Part shown: positions 39,066 to 50,356 of the stretch, piece after piece
Position numbering within the stretch: the first letter of the stretch is position 1
How the letters are laid out: the number at the start of each line of letters is the position of its first letter
Assembly (NCBI GenBank): GCA_977020255.1
Contig: CDROCS010001674.1
Coordinates: 124,001-188,000, forward strand
Reading direction: 5' to 3'
Length of the DNA: 64,000 nt
Source of the DNA: Obrimoposthia wandeli
Taxonomy: Eukaryota
Made by a program: the position numbers and the translations under genes
Notes under the pieces: generated by a model
The model's input: the letters and a program-made list of their open reading frames with translations, nothing else
Told to the model about the DNA's origin: nothing
The model's database searches: none

Positions 39066-40052
39066 TTATACTGAATCAGTGGTGACAACTATTTTTCCAC
39101 TATGGCTCATCGCTTTTAATTTTTCTAAGCCTTCAACCAATTGTTCAAAAGGTAAAATTTCAGTCACCATCGCGTCGAGTTTTCCTTCTGCGACAAGGTT
39201 ACTTAGGTTATTGCCGATATCGGCAAGGTGGTAAATATGTTCAGGTGTTCCGTGTGCAAATGTGCCGTGTAACGCAACTTCGTGCAGGCTAAGCGCTTTC
39301 GTTGTCGCAAGCAAAGGCACTTGATTAAATTGATCGGCCACCATCACAATATGCCCGTTATAACGGATTAAGGCACTCATCATGCTGCCTGATTTTGCAG
39401 ATACGCAGTCAATCACCGAATGAAGAAGATGATCTTCGGTAAGCTCTATAATCCGCATAGCGACGTTATCTTTATTGGGGTCAATAACCGCATCGGCACC
39501 ATACTGTAATAAACGCTTATGATGCTGCTGGTCGGCAATGGCATAAACATGTGCGCCAGCAAGTTTTGCTAATTGAACGGCAAATCCACCGACACCACCG
39601 CCTGCACCCGTAATTGCAATATGCTGATCGGCTTTGGCTTGAAGTTTATCGTATACGGCTATCCATGCGCTGTATCCTGCGCAGGGTAGTGCTGCTGCTT
39701 GTTGAAAGTCTAACGCGTCTGGAATGCGGCTAACGGCATTTGCTTTACAGGTTGCGTATTCGGCAAAACCACCGGCAGTACGTGGATCGGCGAAAAAAAG
39801 TACTCTGTCACCTGCTTTAAACTGTACAATATTTTTACCTACTTCAGTGATGGTACCTGATACATCAAGGCCGATCACTTGAGGGTAATTCCATGTAGCA
39901 TATCCCCAGTTTGCAAGTTTGTAGTCCATTGGGTTTAGGCTAACGGCTGCGACTTGAATACAAATCTCATCAGAGTTGGGTGTTGGCTTTTCTGCTTCCT
40001 CTAATTTTAGGTATGTTAATCCTTCCGGTTTAGTGAGTCTCCATACATTCAT
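39066..40052 (-). CDS. MDR-family NADPH:quinone reductase / zinc-independent ADH-like
   Basis: SLNPMDYK, GLDVSG, ALPCAG, GAGGGVG, SGKIVV. Confidence 0.85.
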   Translation of the reverse strand: MNVWRLTKPEGLTYLKLEEAEKPTPNSDEICIQVAAVSLNPMDYKLANWGYATWNYPQVIGLDVSGTITEVGKNIVQFKAGDRVLFFADPRTAGGFAEYATCKANAVSRIPDALDFQQAAALPCAGYSAWIAVYDKLQAKADQHIAITGAGGGVGGFAVQLAKLAGAHVYAIADQQHHKRLLQYGADAVIDPNKDNVAMRIIELTEDHLLHSVIDCVSAKSGSMMSALIRYNGHIVMVADQFNQVPLLATTKALSLHEVALHGTFAHGTPEHIYHLADIGNNLSNLVAEGKLDAMVTEILPFEQLVEGLEKLKAMSHSGKIVVTTDSV

Positions 40053-40283
40053 ACACCCCTGCCTTTTTTATAATAATTGTTACTACTATTCTGTTTTATA
40101 ACCTTATATCTAATCGCACGATCTTGCTTAATCTGAATAAAAAAATGTCTGCAATGGGATATAAAAAGGAGCGTAAGTAGCATTTCAAGGTGACGTCGCG
40201 AGAACAAAAGGTTTTTAATAAATCAAAAAAGCCTTCTGATAAACAAAAGGCTCAATGAGTCAGTAACTAATTAATGGGAGGCT

Positions 40284-40742
40284 TTAGCCAATACGTTCAG
40301 CAAGGTAAGCTTCATAATCTGGAATTTCGATAGACACTTCTTCTGCTAATAATGGCGATGTAATCATAAATTTTGCAGTTGCACGATTGGTAGCAACAGG
40401 TACATTCCAGACAGCAGAAATACGCAGTAGTGCTTTAACATCAGGATCATGAGGCACTGCATTTAGCGGATCCCAGAAGAAAATCATCATATCAATTTTA
40501 CTTTCTGAAATTAAAGCGCCTAGTTGTTGATCTCCTCCCATTGGGCCACTAATCATGCAGTTGATTTTAAGACCTGTTTCTTTGGAAAGAAGATGACCTG
40601 TAGTGCCCGTTGCATACAGAGTGTGGCCTTTAAGTTTGTCTTCAAACTCTCTCACCCAGCGTAAAAGGTCTTGTTTACAGTTGTCATGTGCAACTAAGGC
40701 AATATGCTTGCTCTTGTTCATTGTACGTGTTGTGACTTGCAT
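40284..40742 (-). CDS. mgsA: Methylglyoxal synthase
   Basis: [37 protein letters not shown]; track start 40823. Confidence 0.95.
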   Translation of the reverse strand: MQVTTRTMNKSKHIALVAHDNCKQDLLRWVREFEDKLKGHTLYATGTTGHLLSKETGLKINCMISGPMGGDQQLGALISESKIDMMIFFWDPLNAVPHDPDVKALLRISAVWNVPVATNRATAKFMITSPLLAEEVSIEIPDYEAYLAERIG

Positions 40743-40884
40743 GTAGAACTCCAATTTATTCGTACAAAATACGAGAGACTGCTTGGGTATAATTATAATG
40801 ATATCTGCGCTCATTAATAACAAAGCTATCTATTGATGTACAACGACATAGGCCGAAAGTATAAGCTAGCGCAAAGACTTATTT

Positions 40885-41967
40885 TTAGTGGGCAACATCA
40901 TGGTTTTCAACATTAAATACAGGTCTATATTCTGCTGGTGATAAAGAATCTGTAATGACCTCTCTTGGAAGGTAATCTGGCGTTAATGGCTGAATTTTTG
41001 GTGCTAAATCGAATTCCATCGGCTTATTTTCAAGATAACGTACAGCCTGATCGATAGACAATTGTGCTTGCTGAGCCATTTTATCTGTAGGAGAAAATAA
41101 AATTTTTCCTCGGCGTAATCCACGATAGACACCATGGCTCAAGTAGGTTGATATAATTTTCACATCGTCTGTTTTGTGGTTGGTACGAAGTTCACTGATC
41201 GCAACTTCAGCAGCAACGGCTCCACCGACAATATAATCAATATCGGGGTGTTCAGTAAAAAGCTGTTGTATAAGATTACGTTGCAGCTCTTTACTGTTAT
41301 CAGCCCACAGTGTGCTTACCACCTCGATATCGCTATCTTGTAAGGCATCATAAAATCCAGAGGTTACAGCCTTTGTACCACCACGCTGTTTCGGTCCTGG
41401 TAACCACGCCACTTTTATTTTTCCACTACCTTTGGGATGACGCTGCGCGAGAAAAACACCTGCTTGTTTTCCCATGTAATACCAATCAACCCCCACTTTG
41501 GCTTTAATGTGCATTTTAATATCAGGGTCAGTCATATCGATATCATTGGTCATTGAAAAGACAGGTATGTCGCCAGTAAATTGCGATAATATTCCGTTAT
41601 AAGCGGTTCTATCCACAGTGCCTAAGATAATGGCATCAGCCCCCCATTGTTTACAGTGTTGTAATTGATGTTTTTGTTTTTCAAGCTGAGGGTAGCCACC
41701 GGCCTCTAATACTTTTAGTGTAATACCCAAAATTTTAGCTTGTTCAACCATGCCATAGTTGATTGAAAGCCAATAGGAGTCTTTAAGATGTGGATAGACG
41801 GCACAAATTTTCCATGGCTTCGATACAGATAGAAGCGGTGTAAATGGAATACTCTGTGGTTGCTTTTCATATTTAAAAGGCGGCTTGTACGTGTTGATCT
41901 CACGCGCAAAAGCAGAATTAAGGGTAAAAAAGAGTAACAAGAAAGAAATAATAGATTTTTTGAGCAT
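40885..41967 (-). CDS. torT: Periplasmic TMAO-binding protein
   Basis: KPWKICAVYPHLKDSYW, LEAGGY, YRGLRRG, DSLSP; track start 42000. Confidence 0.9.
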   Translation of the reverse strand: MLKKSIISFLLLFFTLNSAFAREINTYKPPFKYEKQPQSIPFTPLLSVSKPWKICAVYPHLKDSYWLSINYGMVEQAKILGITLKVLEAGGYPQLEKQKHQLQHCKQWGADAIILGTVDRTAYNGILSQFTGDIPVFSMTNDIDMTDPDIKMHIKAKVGVDWYYMGKQAGVFLAQRHPKGSGKIKVAWLPGPKQRGGTKAVTSGFYDALQDSDIEVVSTLWADNSKELQRNLIQQLFTEHPDIDYIVGGAVAAEVAISELRTNHKTDDVKIISTYLSHGVYRGLRRGKILFSPTDKMAQQAQLSIDQAVRYLENKPMEFDLAPKIQPLTPDYLPREVITDSLSPAEYRPVFNVENHDVAH

Positions 41968-42060
41968 GATTATTAGCATCTGTACTGATATCGCTGGCAA
42001 AATAGTAATGTTTTATTTGGTAGGGTTAAACCCCATTTTTCATTTATATGGTTCTAGTCT

Positions 42061-45015
42061 ATGACATTTAACCGAAATGGTATTGGTGGCAAGCTACTTT
42101 TAGCGTTCTCAGCGATGGCTGCGCTAATGATTTTAGCTGTCGTTATTGGTGTTGCTGGCTTTTCGTTAGTTGCAAAAACAGAAAAAACAGTCATTAACTC
42201 GGCAGTTCCCGCTTTGGTAGAAGCTCGTCATCTGTCTGATTTGAGCTCCAGAATTATTTTTACCGCTCAGGTTCTAGCAACCTCAACAACAGAACATGAG
42301 CGTCAACGACAAGGTCGTGCGTTATCCATTTATATTGAAGGGTTGAAAGGAAGCTTAACGGCACTAAAAAGCTACCCATTTAATGAAGACTTAATGTCTC
42401 AATTAGATGGTGATGTTAAGAGTATTATCGATAACCTCGCTTTAATGGGGCTATTGGTCGGGCGGCAGATACGCCTACAAGCTCAATCCGATGAACTTAC
42501 CAGTGAGATGCTAGTGGCAACACAGCAGGTTGATTCGTTATCACAATCTCAAGTCTCGAATGCAAGCACGATTGCGGTTGCGAATGTTTCACGTATTTAT
42601 GATTTAGTTGAGTCTGGTGATAATAAGGCGGTATATAACGCGTTAGATAGCTTAGTTGAAGTCGATATGGACTTGTCTGAGCGTCTTTTTGAACTGAGGT
42701 TTTTAGCTCTTCAAGTCATTAACATGCTCGATGATTCTAAACGGTTAAGTGATATAGGCAATTTAACACACTTAAAAGAACGGTTTATTCATGCCGTTAA
42801 CGTAATGAGCTACCGTGTTAAGTCGGTAGAAGACCCTAGTCGCTCAGCACAACTGACAGAATTAACATCTAATTTAAATCGTGGCGGAATATTATTTGGC
42901 GTCTTAGAGCAATTATTGTATGCAAAAAAAGATGTTGAGCGCCTCGATCAGCAAAATCTTGTTTTATTTCAGCAGTTAAATAGTACCGTCGATGGCATTA
43001 TAACGGCGGCAAATGAGGGCACCCAACAAGCGGTTACAAAAGTCGATGAAACCCTTACTGTTGCCAGAACGACGCTGATCAGTATTTCTGTTATTGGGTT
43101 AGCTGCCTTGGTATTAATCATGTGGCGCTTTGTATATGCGAGTGTTATCTGCCGTTTTAATGATTATAGCCAAGCGTTATTGTCGTTAGCACGGGGTGAT
43201 TTTGGTATTCAATTGGATATTAAAGGTGATGATGAATTAGCCCATATGGGTCGTGCCATCATGGTAGCCCGTGATACGGCATCTGAGCGGTTTCGTTTAA
43301 CGCAAGTTGAGCGAAAAATTCGTCAAGAACTGCAACTGCATAAAGAAAGCCTAGAACGATTAGTGGCACAAAGAACGTCTGAATTAGAAAAGACCAATAG
43401 GCGCTTAAACGAAGAAGTGGTGAATCACGATAAAGCACGTAATGAGGCAGAAAAGGCTAACCGTGCTAAATCAGCTTTCCTGGCCACAATGAGCCATGAA
43501 ATACGTACGCCAATGAATGGTGTGCTTGGCACAGCTTCACTGTTAGCTGACACTGGGCTTAACGATCAGCAAGCTCGCTATCTACGTGTGATTAACCGCA
43601 GCGGGGAAACCTTGTTAGATATCCTCAATGACATTTTGGATTACTCAAAAATTGAAGCAGGTCATTTGGATATTCGATTGGTTGATTTCTCACTGTCAGA
43701 GTTAGTGTTGGATGTACACAATATGTTGGAAAGTCGCGCGCTAGCTAAACACATTCAATTAGTGAACCACATCGATGACACCATGAACAATGTTTGGTTG
43801 GGGGATGTGACTCGTATTCGTCAGGTATTAATTAATTTGGTGGGTAATGCGATTAAATTCACCGACCAAGGTCAAGTGACGATTGCGGTCAGTATGAATC
43901 CAGATATGCCTGATGAGTTACTGTTTGAAGTCACAGACAGTGGCATTGGTATCGATGAAGCTGAACAAGACATTCTGTTTAACGCCTTCAAGCAAGCGGA
44001 AGAAGGACGAAATACGATTGGTGGTACAGGCTTAGGTTTAGCAATAAGCCGGCATATTGTCGCGGCAATGGACGGAGAAATTGGTGTTGAATCAACGATT
44101 AATGTTGGTAGCTGTTTCTGGTTCTCCATTCCATTGGAACGAGGCAAGTTGTCGAAAGTGATTGAGGGTACAGCGGTAACAATACCGCCAGCTCATATTT
44201 TATTGGTAGAAGATAACCCAGTAAATAGCATGGTTGCAGAGGGGTTTCTACGACGGTTAGGGCATAGTGTGATTACGGCAGAAGACGGCGAAAGTGCCGA
44301 GCGTGAATTTCATCAGCATGTATTTGATATGGCGTTACTTGATATCAATTTACCGGATACCGACGGTGTAACCTTATTGCATCGTTTACGTCGTATCGAA
44401 GAGGTTAACCGTGAATCGTGGGAAGAGCCGACGCCGATGGTGGCATTTTCTGCTCATGTATTTAGAGAAGAAGTCGAGCAATACTTAACCGCTGGTTTTG
44501 CTGGTTTCTTACCTAAACCCGTTACTGAAAAGCAGTTGATAGAAACAATCGGCAGTATTTTAAAAGGAGATAAGCGGGTGATTGTAGAGAATATTCCATT
44601 CGACAATGTATCTATTATTGAGATCGATAAGCAAGACGCTAACAATAGCGAAAAGAGTGAGTCTGACTCAGTTTTTCCTGTATTGAAAGAATCAGTACTA
44701 GGTGATGATTTACAAGTTTTAGGTGCAGAGCAAGTTCATAAACTGATTGCGTTGTTTGCAAGCTCATCAAGCGAAACCCTAGAGAAGTTACAACAAGCCG
44801 TTGAAGCTTTAGACATGGTAGAGGTCTCTAATCACGCACATACTTTAAAGGGTGCAGCAGGAACGATGGGCTTAATACGATTACATCAAGAGTGCTTACT
44901 TTTTGAGAAAGCAGGTAAAGCAGGTTCGCTTGATGGATTAGATGTTAAAACGGTTTCTCAAGCTTTTGAAGCATCAAAACAAGCATTAGAAAGCACGTTT
45001 ATACACCCAAGTTAG
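42061..45015 (+). CDS. torS: TMAO sensor hybrid histidine kinase
   Basis: Two TMs, HAMP, MSHEIRTP, REC (LLDINLP), C-terminal Hpt (AHTLKGAA); divergent from torT. Confidence 0.92.
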   Translation: MTFNRNGIGGKLLLAFSAMAALMILAVVIGVAGFSLVAKTEKTVINSAVPALVEARHLSDLSSRIIFTAQVLATSTTEHERQRQGRALSIYIEGLKGSLTALKSYPFNEDLMSQLDGDVKSIIDNLALMGLLVGRQIRLQAQSDELTSEMLVATQQVDSLSQSQVSNASTIAVANVSRIYDLVESGDNKAVYNALDSLVEVDMDLSERLFELRFLALQVINMLDDSKRLSDIGNLTHLKERFIHAVNVMSYRVKSVEDPSRSAQLTELTSNLNRGGILFGVLEQLLYAKKDVERLDQQNLVLFQQLNSTVDGIITAANEGTQQAVTKVDETLTVARTTLISISVIGLAALVLIMWRFVYASVICRFNDYSQALLSLARGDFGIQLDIKGDDELAHMGRAIMVARDTASERFRLTQVERKIRQELQLHKESLERLVAQRTSELEKTNRRLNEEVVNHDKARNEAEKANRAKSAFLATMSHEIRTPMNGVLGTASLLADTGLNDQQARYLRVINRSGETLLDILNDILDYSKIEAGHLDIRLVDFSLSELVLDVHNMLESRALAKHIQLVNHIDDTMNNVWLGDVTRIRQVLINLVGNAIKFTDQGQVTIAVSMNPDMPDELLFEVTDSGIGIDEAEQDILFNAFKQAEEGRNTIGGTGLGLAISRHIVAAMDGEIGVESTINVGSCFWFSIPLERGKLSKVIEGTAVTIPPAHILLVEDNPVNSMVAEGFLRRLGHSVITAEDGESAEREFHQHVFDMALLDINLPDTDGVTLLHRLRRIEEVNRESWEEPTPMVAFSAHVFREEVEQYLTAGFAGFLPKPVTEKQLIETIGSILKGDKRVIVENIPFDNVSIIEIDKQDANNSEKSESDSVFPVLKESVLGDDLQVLGAEQVHKLIALFASSSSETLEKLQQAVEALDMVEVSNHAHTLKGAAGTMGLIRLHQECLLFEKAGKAGSLDGLDVKTVSQAFEASKQALESTFIHPS

Positions 45016-45063
45016 CTTTGATATATCGTATTAATTCTAACGTTTAAGTAAACCATAATTTTA

Positions 45064-45099
45064 AAGGCATGATGTTTAGTTATATAAACATCATGCCTT
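45064..45099. terminator. Perfect 15-bp hairpin after torS
   Basis: AAGGCATGATGTTTA-GTTATA-TAAACATCATGCCTT. Confidence 0.65.
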
Positions 45100-45271
45100 A
45101 TTTGTATTTAATCCTAGTCAATTTGCTCTAGCGTGATCATCTGTACAAAACGCATCTTTATAGTGATATAGGCTATCAAATCACTCAATGTGAGTTTTAT
45201 ATTTAGTAATTTCAAAATATTACAAAATTAATGAGTGCAATTTAATTATAAAAAAAATATAGAGAGATACG

Positions 45272-46744
45272 ATGAAGAAGATGACTATAACTTTACTGTC
45301 TGCTGCGATTTTATCGGCAATCAGTCTAAGTGCTAATGCGTGTACAGGTCTTATTGTTGGTAAAAATGCCTCTTCAGATGGCAGTATTATGATTGCGAGA
45401 AATGAAGATTTCGGCATAAATAATTGGAATAAATACTTGGCATACCGCCCAGCTCAGTTAAATAAAGAAGGGGAGTGGGCATTAGGTAATGGGCTTGTTG
45501 TACCGATGCCTAAGCAGTTTTATGCGTATTCTGCTATTCCTGATTGGGATGCGAATACGGTAAACAGTGACGGAAAATACTACGAAGAACGTGGTATTAA
45601 TGAATTTAATGTCGCCGTTTCAGCGACAACCAGTGCTGAAGTGAATGAGAAAGCGGCTGCTGCTGATCCTCTGATTGAAAATGGCATCATTGAAGCCGTT
45701 ATTCCTACGTTGATATTGCCGCAAGTTAAAACCGCTAAGCAGGGTGTTGAATTACTCGGTCAATATATCGAAAAATATGGCGCAGGTGAGGGAAATAGCC
45801 TGTATATCGCCGATGTAAATGAAGCGTGGTTAGTTGAAATCGGTTCTGGCCATCATTGGATTGCAGTAAAAGTACCTGATGATAGCTATGCCATGATAGC
45901 CAATGGATTAAGAGTGCACGGAGTTAATCTTAATGATAACGATGTACTGCACTCTACAGGACTCTTGGATTTCGTTAAGTCTAATGAACTGCTAGATAAG
46001 CCCGATGCCAAGTCATTTAACTTTGCCAAAGCATTTGGTGTTATTGGTGATGTCTATAATGTTGACCGCGAATGGTTAGGGCAACATATGCTATCGGCAT
46101 CTAATAAGCAAGATACACGATTGCAGCAGTATCCTTTGTTTATGAAGCCTGATGATAAGCTGTCGGTAAAAGATGTTGCAGATGTACTCAGTGCAACATA
46201 TGAAGGCACCAGCTTAGCCGATAAAGGTGAGCGGCCAATACGTGTAGAACGTCAGTTAGAGTCCCATATTATCCAGCTACGTAAAGACATGCCTAAAGAG
46301 CTGCAAGGTTTGATTTGGCAAAGTTACGGGGTATTGGCGGAATCAGTATTAGTGCCGTTGTACAGCAGCTTACAAGATTACCCAACGCCTTATACTGTAG
46401 GAAACGATATCTATTCTGATGACTCTGCTTATTGGCAATTCCGTAGCTTAACGGCTTTAGCGACCGCGAACCCTGACAAGTACTTACCTATGTTAAATGA
46501 GGTATGGAATAAAGAAGAAACCAAGCTATATAAACAAGTTAGTAGCATGGATAAGACACTGAAAACACTTTATAAAACAGATAAGCAAGCAGCGTTAGAC
46601 ATGGCGTCAGACTATTCTTACGGTCAACTTCAACGCACATTAAGCATGGCGACTGAAACGCGCTATAAGATGATGACGGATCTAACCAAAAGTACCGAGA
46701 AGAAGTATTCGGAAGAAGAGTTTAAGAAAATAATGAGCTTGTAA
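45272..46744 (+). CDS. Exported peptidase C69 (dipeptidase A-like, Ntn hydrolase)
   Basis: Signal peptide then CTGLIVG nucleophile, ARNED, GINE, ANG. Confidence 0.85.
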   Translation: MKKMTITLLSAAILSAISLSANACTGLIVGKNASSDGSIMIARNEDFGINNWNKYLAYRPAQLNKEGEWALGNGLVVPMPKQFYAYSAIPDWDANTVNSDGKYYEERGINEFNVAVSATTSAEVNEKAAAADPLIENGIIEAVIPTLILPQVKTAKQGVELLGQYIEKYGAGEGNSLYIADVNEAWLVEIGSGHHWIAVKVPDDSYAMIANGLRVHGVNLNDNDVLHSTGLLDFVKSNELLDKPDAKSFNFAKAFGVIGDVYNVDREWLGQHMLSASNKQDTRLQQYPLFMKPDDKLSVKDVADVLSATYEGTSLADKGERPIRVERQLESHIIQLRKDMPKELQGLIWQSYGVLAESVLVPLYSSLQDYPTPYTVGNDIYSDDSAYWQFRSLTALATANPDKYLPMLNEVWNKEETKLYKQVSSMDKTLKTLYKTDKQAALDMASDYSYGQLQRTLSMATETRYKMMTDLTKSTEKKYSEEEFKKIMSL

Positions 46745-46752
46745 TAAATAAT

Positions 46753-46787
46753 AAAAAGCCCCGATAGTTTTCACTATCGGGGCTCTT
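46753..46787. terminator. Bidirectional terminator
   Basis: AAAAAGCCCCGATAGT-TTTC-ACTATCGGGGCTCTT. Confidence 0.85.
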
Positions 46788-46812
46788 ATCAGTTACCGCT
46801 TAAACGGAAGAA

Positions 46813-48900
46813 TTACTTCTTCGCGTTAAGTGCTTTAACTTCTTCGATTACTGTCGCTGCAACGTTTGCAGGACATGGTGCGTAGTGTGCGAACTCCATA
46901 GAGAACTGACCACGACCAGAAGTCATTGTACGTAGTTGGCCGATGTAACCAAACATTTCTGAAAGAGGAACGTCTGCTTTAATACGAGAACCAGTTAGAC
47001 CAGCCATCTGATCTTTGATCATGCCACGACGACGGTTAAGGTCACCGATAACATCACCAACGTGATCTTCAGGAGTGAACACGTCAACAGCCATGATAGG
47101 CTCAAGAAGTTGAGCACCAGCTTTAGGCATAGACTGACGGAATGCGCCTTTCGCTGCGATTTCAAATGCTACTGCAGATGAATCGACTGCGTGGAAGCCA
47201 CCGTCTAGAAGTTCAATTTCAACGTCAAGAACAGGGAAACCAGCTAGAACACCAGTATCCATCATGCCCTTGAAGCCTTTTTCGATTGCAGGCCAGAATT
47301 CTTTAGGAACGTTACCACCAACAACAGATGATGTGAACGTAAAGCCTGAACCTACTTCGCCTGGCTTCATGATGTAGTCGATCTTACCAAACTGACCAGA
47401 ACCACCAGATTGTTTCTTGTGCGTGTAGCTATCTTCAACTGGCTTCGTGATAGTTTCACGGTAAGCAACTTGAGGAGCACCAACAATAAGGTCAACGCCG
47501 TAAGTACGCTTAAGGATATCAACTTTGATATCTAGGTGAAGTTCACCCATACCTTTAAGGATGGTTTCGCCAGTTTCGTCGTCAGTGTGAACTAGGAAAG
47601 ATGGATCTTCTGCAACCATTTTACCGATCGCAACACCCATTTTCTCAGAACCGCCTTTATCTTTAGGCGTTACAGCAATCGAGATTACTGGAGTTGGGAA
47701 GATCATCGCTTCAAGCGTACATTCGTGCTTAGGATCACAAAGAGTGTGACCTGTTTGAACGTTCTTCATACCAACAACGGCGATGATATCACCAGCTTGC
47801 GCGGTTGAAAGCTCGTTACGCTCATCTGCTTGCATTTCAACCATACGGCCGATACGTTCAGTCTTACCAGTAGCACTGTTAAGAATAGTATCGCCTTTAT
47901 TCAGCTTACCAGCGTAAATACGAACGAAAGTAAGAGCACCGAAACGGTCGTCCATAATTTTGAACGCAAGTGCTTTTAGAGGTGCGTCAATAGATACAGT
48001 TGCTACTTCGCCAGTTGCTTCACCAGTTTCTGGATCAGTTAGCGGCTGTGGATCAACTTCTGTTGGAGACGGAAGGTAATCGATAACAGCATCAAGAATA
48101 AGTTGCATACCTTTGTTCTTGAACGCAGAACCACAGTACGTAGGGAAGAAAGAACAGTCACGAGTACCACGACGGATACACATTTTAACTTGTTCAGTCG
48201 TAGGCATTTCGCCTTCCATGTACGCTTCTAGAAGGTCATCGTCTTGCTCTAGGGCAGTTTCGATTAGTTCTTCACGGTAAGCTTCTACATCGTCAACCAT
48301 GTCCGCAGGAACATCAGTGATTTTGTAGTTTTCAGGAAGACCAGTGTCATCCCAAACGTATGCTTGACGGCTTAATACGTCTACAACACCAACGAAGTCA
48401 TCTTCACGACCGATTGGTAGAGTCATAACTAGTGGTACAGCACCAAGAACTTTCTTGATCTGGTCAACAACGTTAATGAAATCTGCACCCATACGGTCCA
48501 GTTTGTTAACGAAGATGATACGTGCAACTTCTGAGTCGTTCGCGTAGCGCCAGTTAGTTTCTGACTGAGGCTCAACACCACCAGAACCACAGAATACACC
48601 GATACCGCCGTCAAGTACTTTAAGTGAACGGTATACTTCAACTGTAAAGTCAACGTGTCCAGGAGTATCGATAACGTTAAAACGGTGGTCTTTCCAGAAA
48701 CAGCTAACTGCTGCAGACTGGATAGTTATCCCGCGCTCAGCTTCCTGTTCCATGAAGTCAGTTGTTGATTCGCCATCGTGAACTTCACCAGTTTTGTGGA
48801 TCTGACCAGTAAGTTTCAGGATACGTTCAGTCGTCGTGGTTTTACCCGCATCAACGTGCGCGAAAATACCAATGTTTCTGTATTTCGATAAATCTGACAT
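46813..48900 (-). CDS. fusA: Elongation factor G, paralog outside the str operon
   Basis: [42 protein letters not shown]; no rpsL/rpsG/tuf neighbours. Confidence 0.93.
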   Translation of the reverse strand: MSDLSKYRNIGIFAHVDAGKTTTTERILKLTGQIHKTGEVHDGESTTDFMEQEAERGITIQSAAVSCFWKDHRFNVIDTPGHVDFTVEVYRSLKVLDGGIGVFCGSGGVEPQSETNWRYANDSEVARIIFVNKLDRMGADFINVVDQIKKVLGAVPLVMTLPIGREDDFVGVVDVLSRQAYVWDDTGLPENYKITDVPADMVDDVEAYREELIETALEQDDDLLEAYMEGEMPTTEQVKMCIRRGTRDCSFFPTYCGSAFKNKGMQLILDAVIDYLPSPTEVDPQPLTDPETGEATGEVATVSIDAPLKALAFKIMDDRFGALTFVRIYAGKLNKGDTILNSATGKTERIGRMVEMQADERNELSTAQAGDIIAVVGMKNVQTGHTLCDPKHECTLEAMIFPTPVISIAVTPKDKGGSEKMGVAIGKMVAEDPSFLVHTDDETGETILKGMGELHLDIKVDILKRTYGVDLIVGAPQVAYRETITKPVEDSYTHKKQSGGSGQFGKIDYIMKPGEVGSGFTFTSSVVGGNVPKEFWPAIEKGFKGMMDTGVLAGFPVLDVEIELLDGGFHAVDSSAVAFEIAAKGAFRQSMPKAGAQLLEPIMAVDVFTPEDHVGDVIGDLNRRRGMIKDQMAGLTGSRIKADVPLSEMFGYIGQLRTMTSGRGQFSMEFAHYAPCPANVAATVIEEVKALNAKK

Positions 48901-49372
48901 TGTCTTTCTCTATAGATAATGATGTTCTTAATTCGGCGGGAGTATACCACTTATTACCGCAAACAGAACATAGGTTCAGGGTTATTAAGTGACCATTTGT
49001 ACCGCTTTTTTCATTAAACGATGAAATGTCGGCATCTAGCTAGCAATTATAGAGTGTAATTGCTTTGCTGTTTGCCCATTTGACGATGAAATCGACTCGT
49101 TCAGAATGACTAGCTTGTACAGATAACGTCACAAAAGAATATGTTTACATGAAGTCACACAACTATTGTTGGCAACTCAACATCGTTTTCGATGATCTCC
49201 TAACCTAATAATTAAATAAATTAGGACGAGAATAGTGCGTGATTATGAAGAATTTAGTGCCAAAGTTAAACCTACCATTTCGATCTTTGGTATAACTTTT
49301 TATATTTTTTTGAGAGTACGCTACAAATTTTATTAACTTGTAGCGCTCAATGTTGATTTAAACAGTCAGAAA

Positions 49373-50230
49373 TTAACTATTTTCTTCTGCTTCTTGAATG
49401 CGCTCTTTGCGCATCTGCTCTTCAAGCATAACGGCATTGATTTCTTCTAATACAGCATCAACATCTGCAAGTTCGGTGCTTTCTTCAAAATACCCGGTTA
49501 ATTCTACATCAGATTGTAGATTACCTTCTTCATAAAGTGCCCAGATTTCTTTAGCAAACTGAGTATCAAGCAATTCAGGTGCGTATTGTCCGTAATAGGC
49601 CGTCATGTTATTAACATCGCGCTCTAGCATCCACTTGGCATTGTTATTAGCTGATGCATCAACCGCTTGAGGAAGATCGATGATTACCGGTCCGTGTTGA
49701 TCTACCAACACGTTAAACTCAGATAAATCACCATGCACAATGCCCGCACATAACATGCGGACAACACTTCGCATTACAGAAGCATGATCGGTAAGTGCTT
49801 GTTCTTTAGAAATAGATACGTCATTTAAACGTGGGGCAACTAGACCTTCGTCATCAGTAACAAGCTCCATTAACAGTACGCCATCAAAGCATCCGTAAGG
49901 TTGAGGCACGCGAACACCCGCATTTGCTAGTGTGTATAACGCGTCAACTTCAGCACTTTGCCAGACTTGCTCTTGTTGGTCTCGACCGAATTTAGAGCCT
50001 TTTTCCATTGCGCGAGCGCGTCGGCTATTTTTTACTTTACGGCCTTCACGGTATTGAGCTGCTTGTTTAAAGCTGCGTTTGTCTGCTTCTTTGTATACTT
50101 TCGCGCAGCGAATGTCGTCACCACAACGTACAACGTAGACAGAGGCTTCTTTGCCACTCATTAATTGGTGTAGAACGTCGTCTACTAACCCATCATCAAC
50201 CAGAGGTTGGATTCGTTTTGGTATCTTCAT
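49373..50230 (-). CDS. RIO1-like atypical protein kinase
   Basis: SGKEASVY, AKVYK, LLMELV, VHGDLSEFNVL, IIDLPQ; track start 50245. Confidence 0.88.
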   Translation of the reverse strand: MKIPKRIQPLVDDGLVDDVLHQLMSGKEASVYVVRCGDDIRCAKVYKEADKRSFKQAAQYREGRKVKNSRRARAMEKGSKFGRDQQEQVWQSAEVDALYTLANAGVRVPQPYGCFDGVLLMELVTDDEGLVAPRLNDVSISKEQALTDHASVMRSVVRMLCAGIVHGDLSEFNVLVDQHGPVIIDLPQAVDASANNNAKWMLERDVNNMTAYYGQYAPELLDTQFAKEIWALYEEGNLQSDVELTGYFEESTELADVDAVLEEINAVMLEEQMRKERIQEAEENS

Positions 50231-50356
50231 AGCGTCGTTATACATGAGTTATGTGTCGGATGGAATACAGAGAAATAGATCTTTTTGCTTTGTTTACCCT
50301 AAATATCGATTGTGCGGTACAATTTAAGACGTAAGTTATCAAATGAGCGACATACA

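Noticed and set aside
45000-45022. ACACCCAAGTT at the torS stop as a family-2 repeat end
   Set aside because: Only ~10 bp match and the diagnostic CCTCAAG is absent
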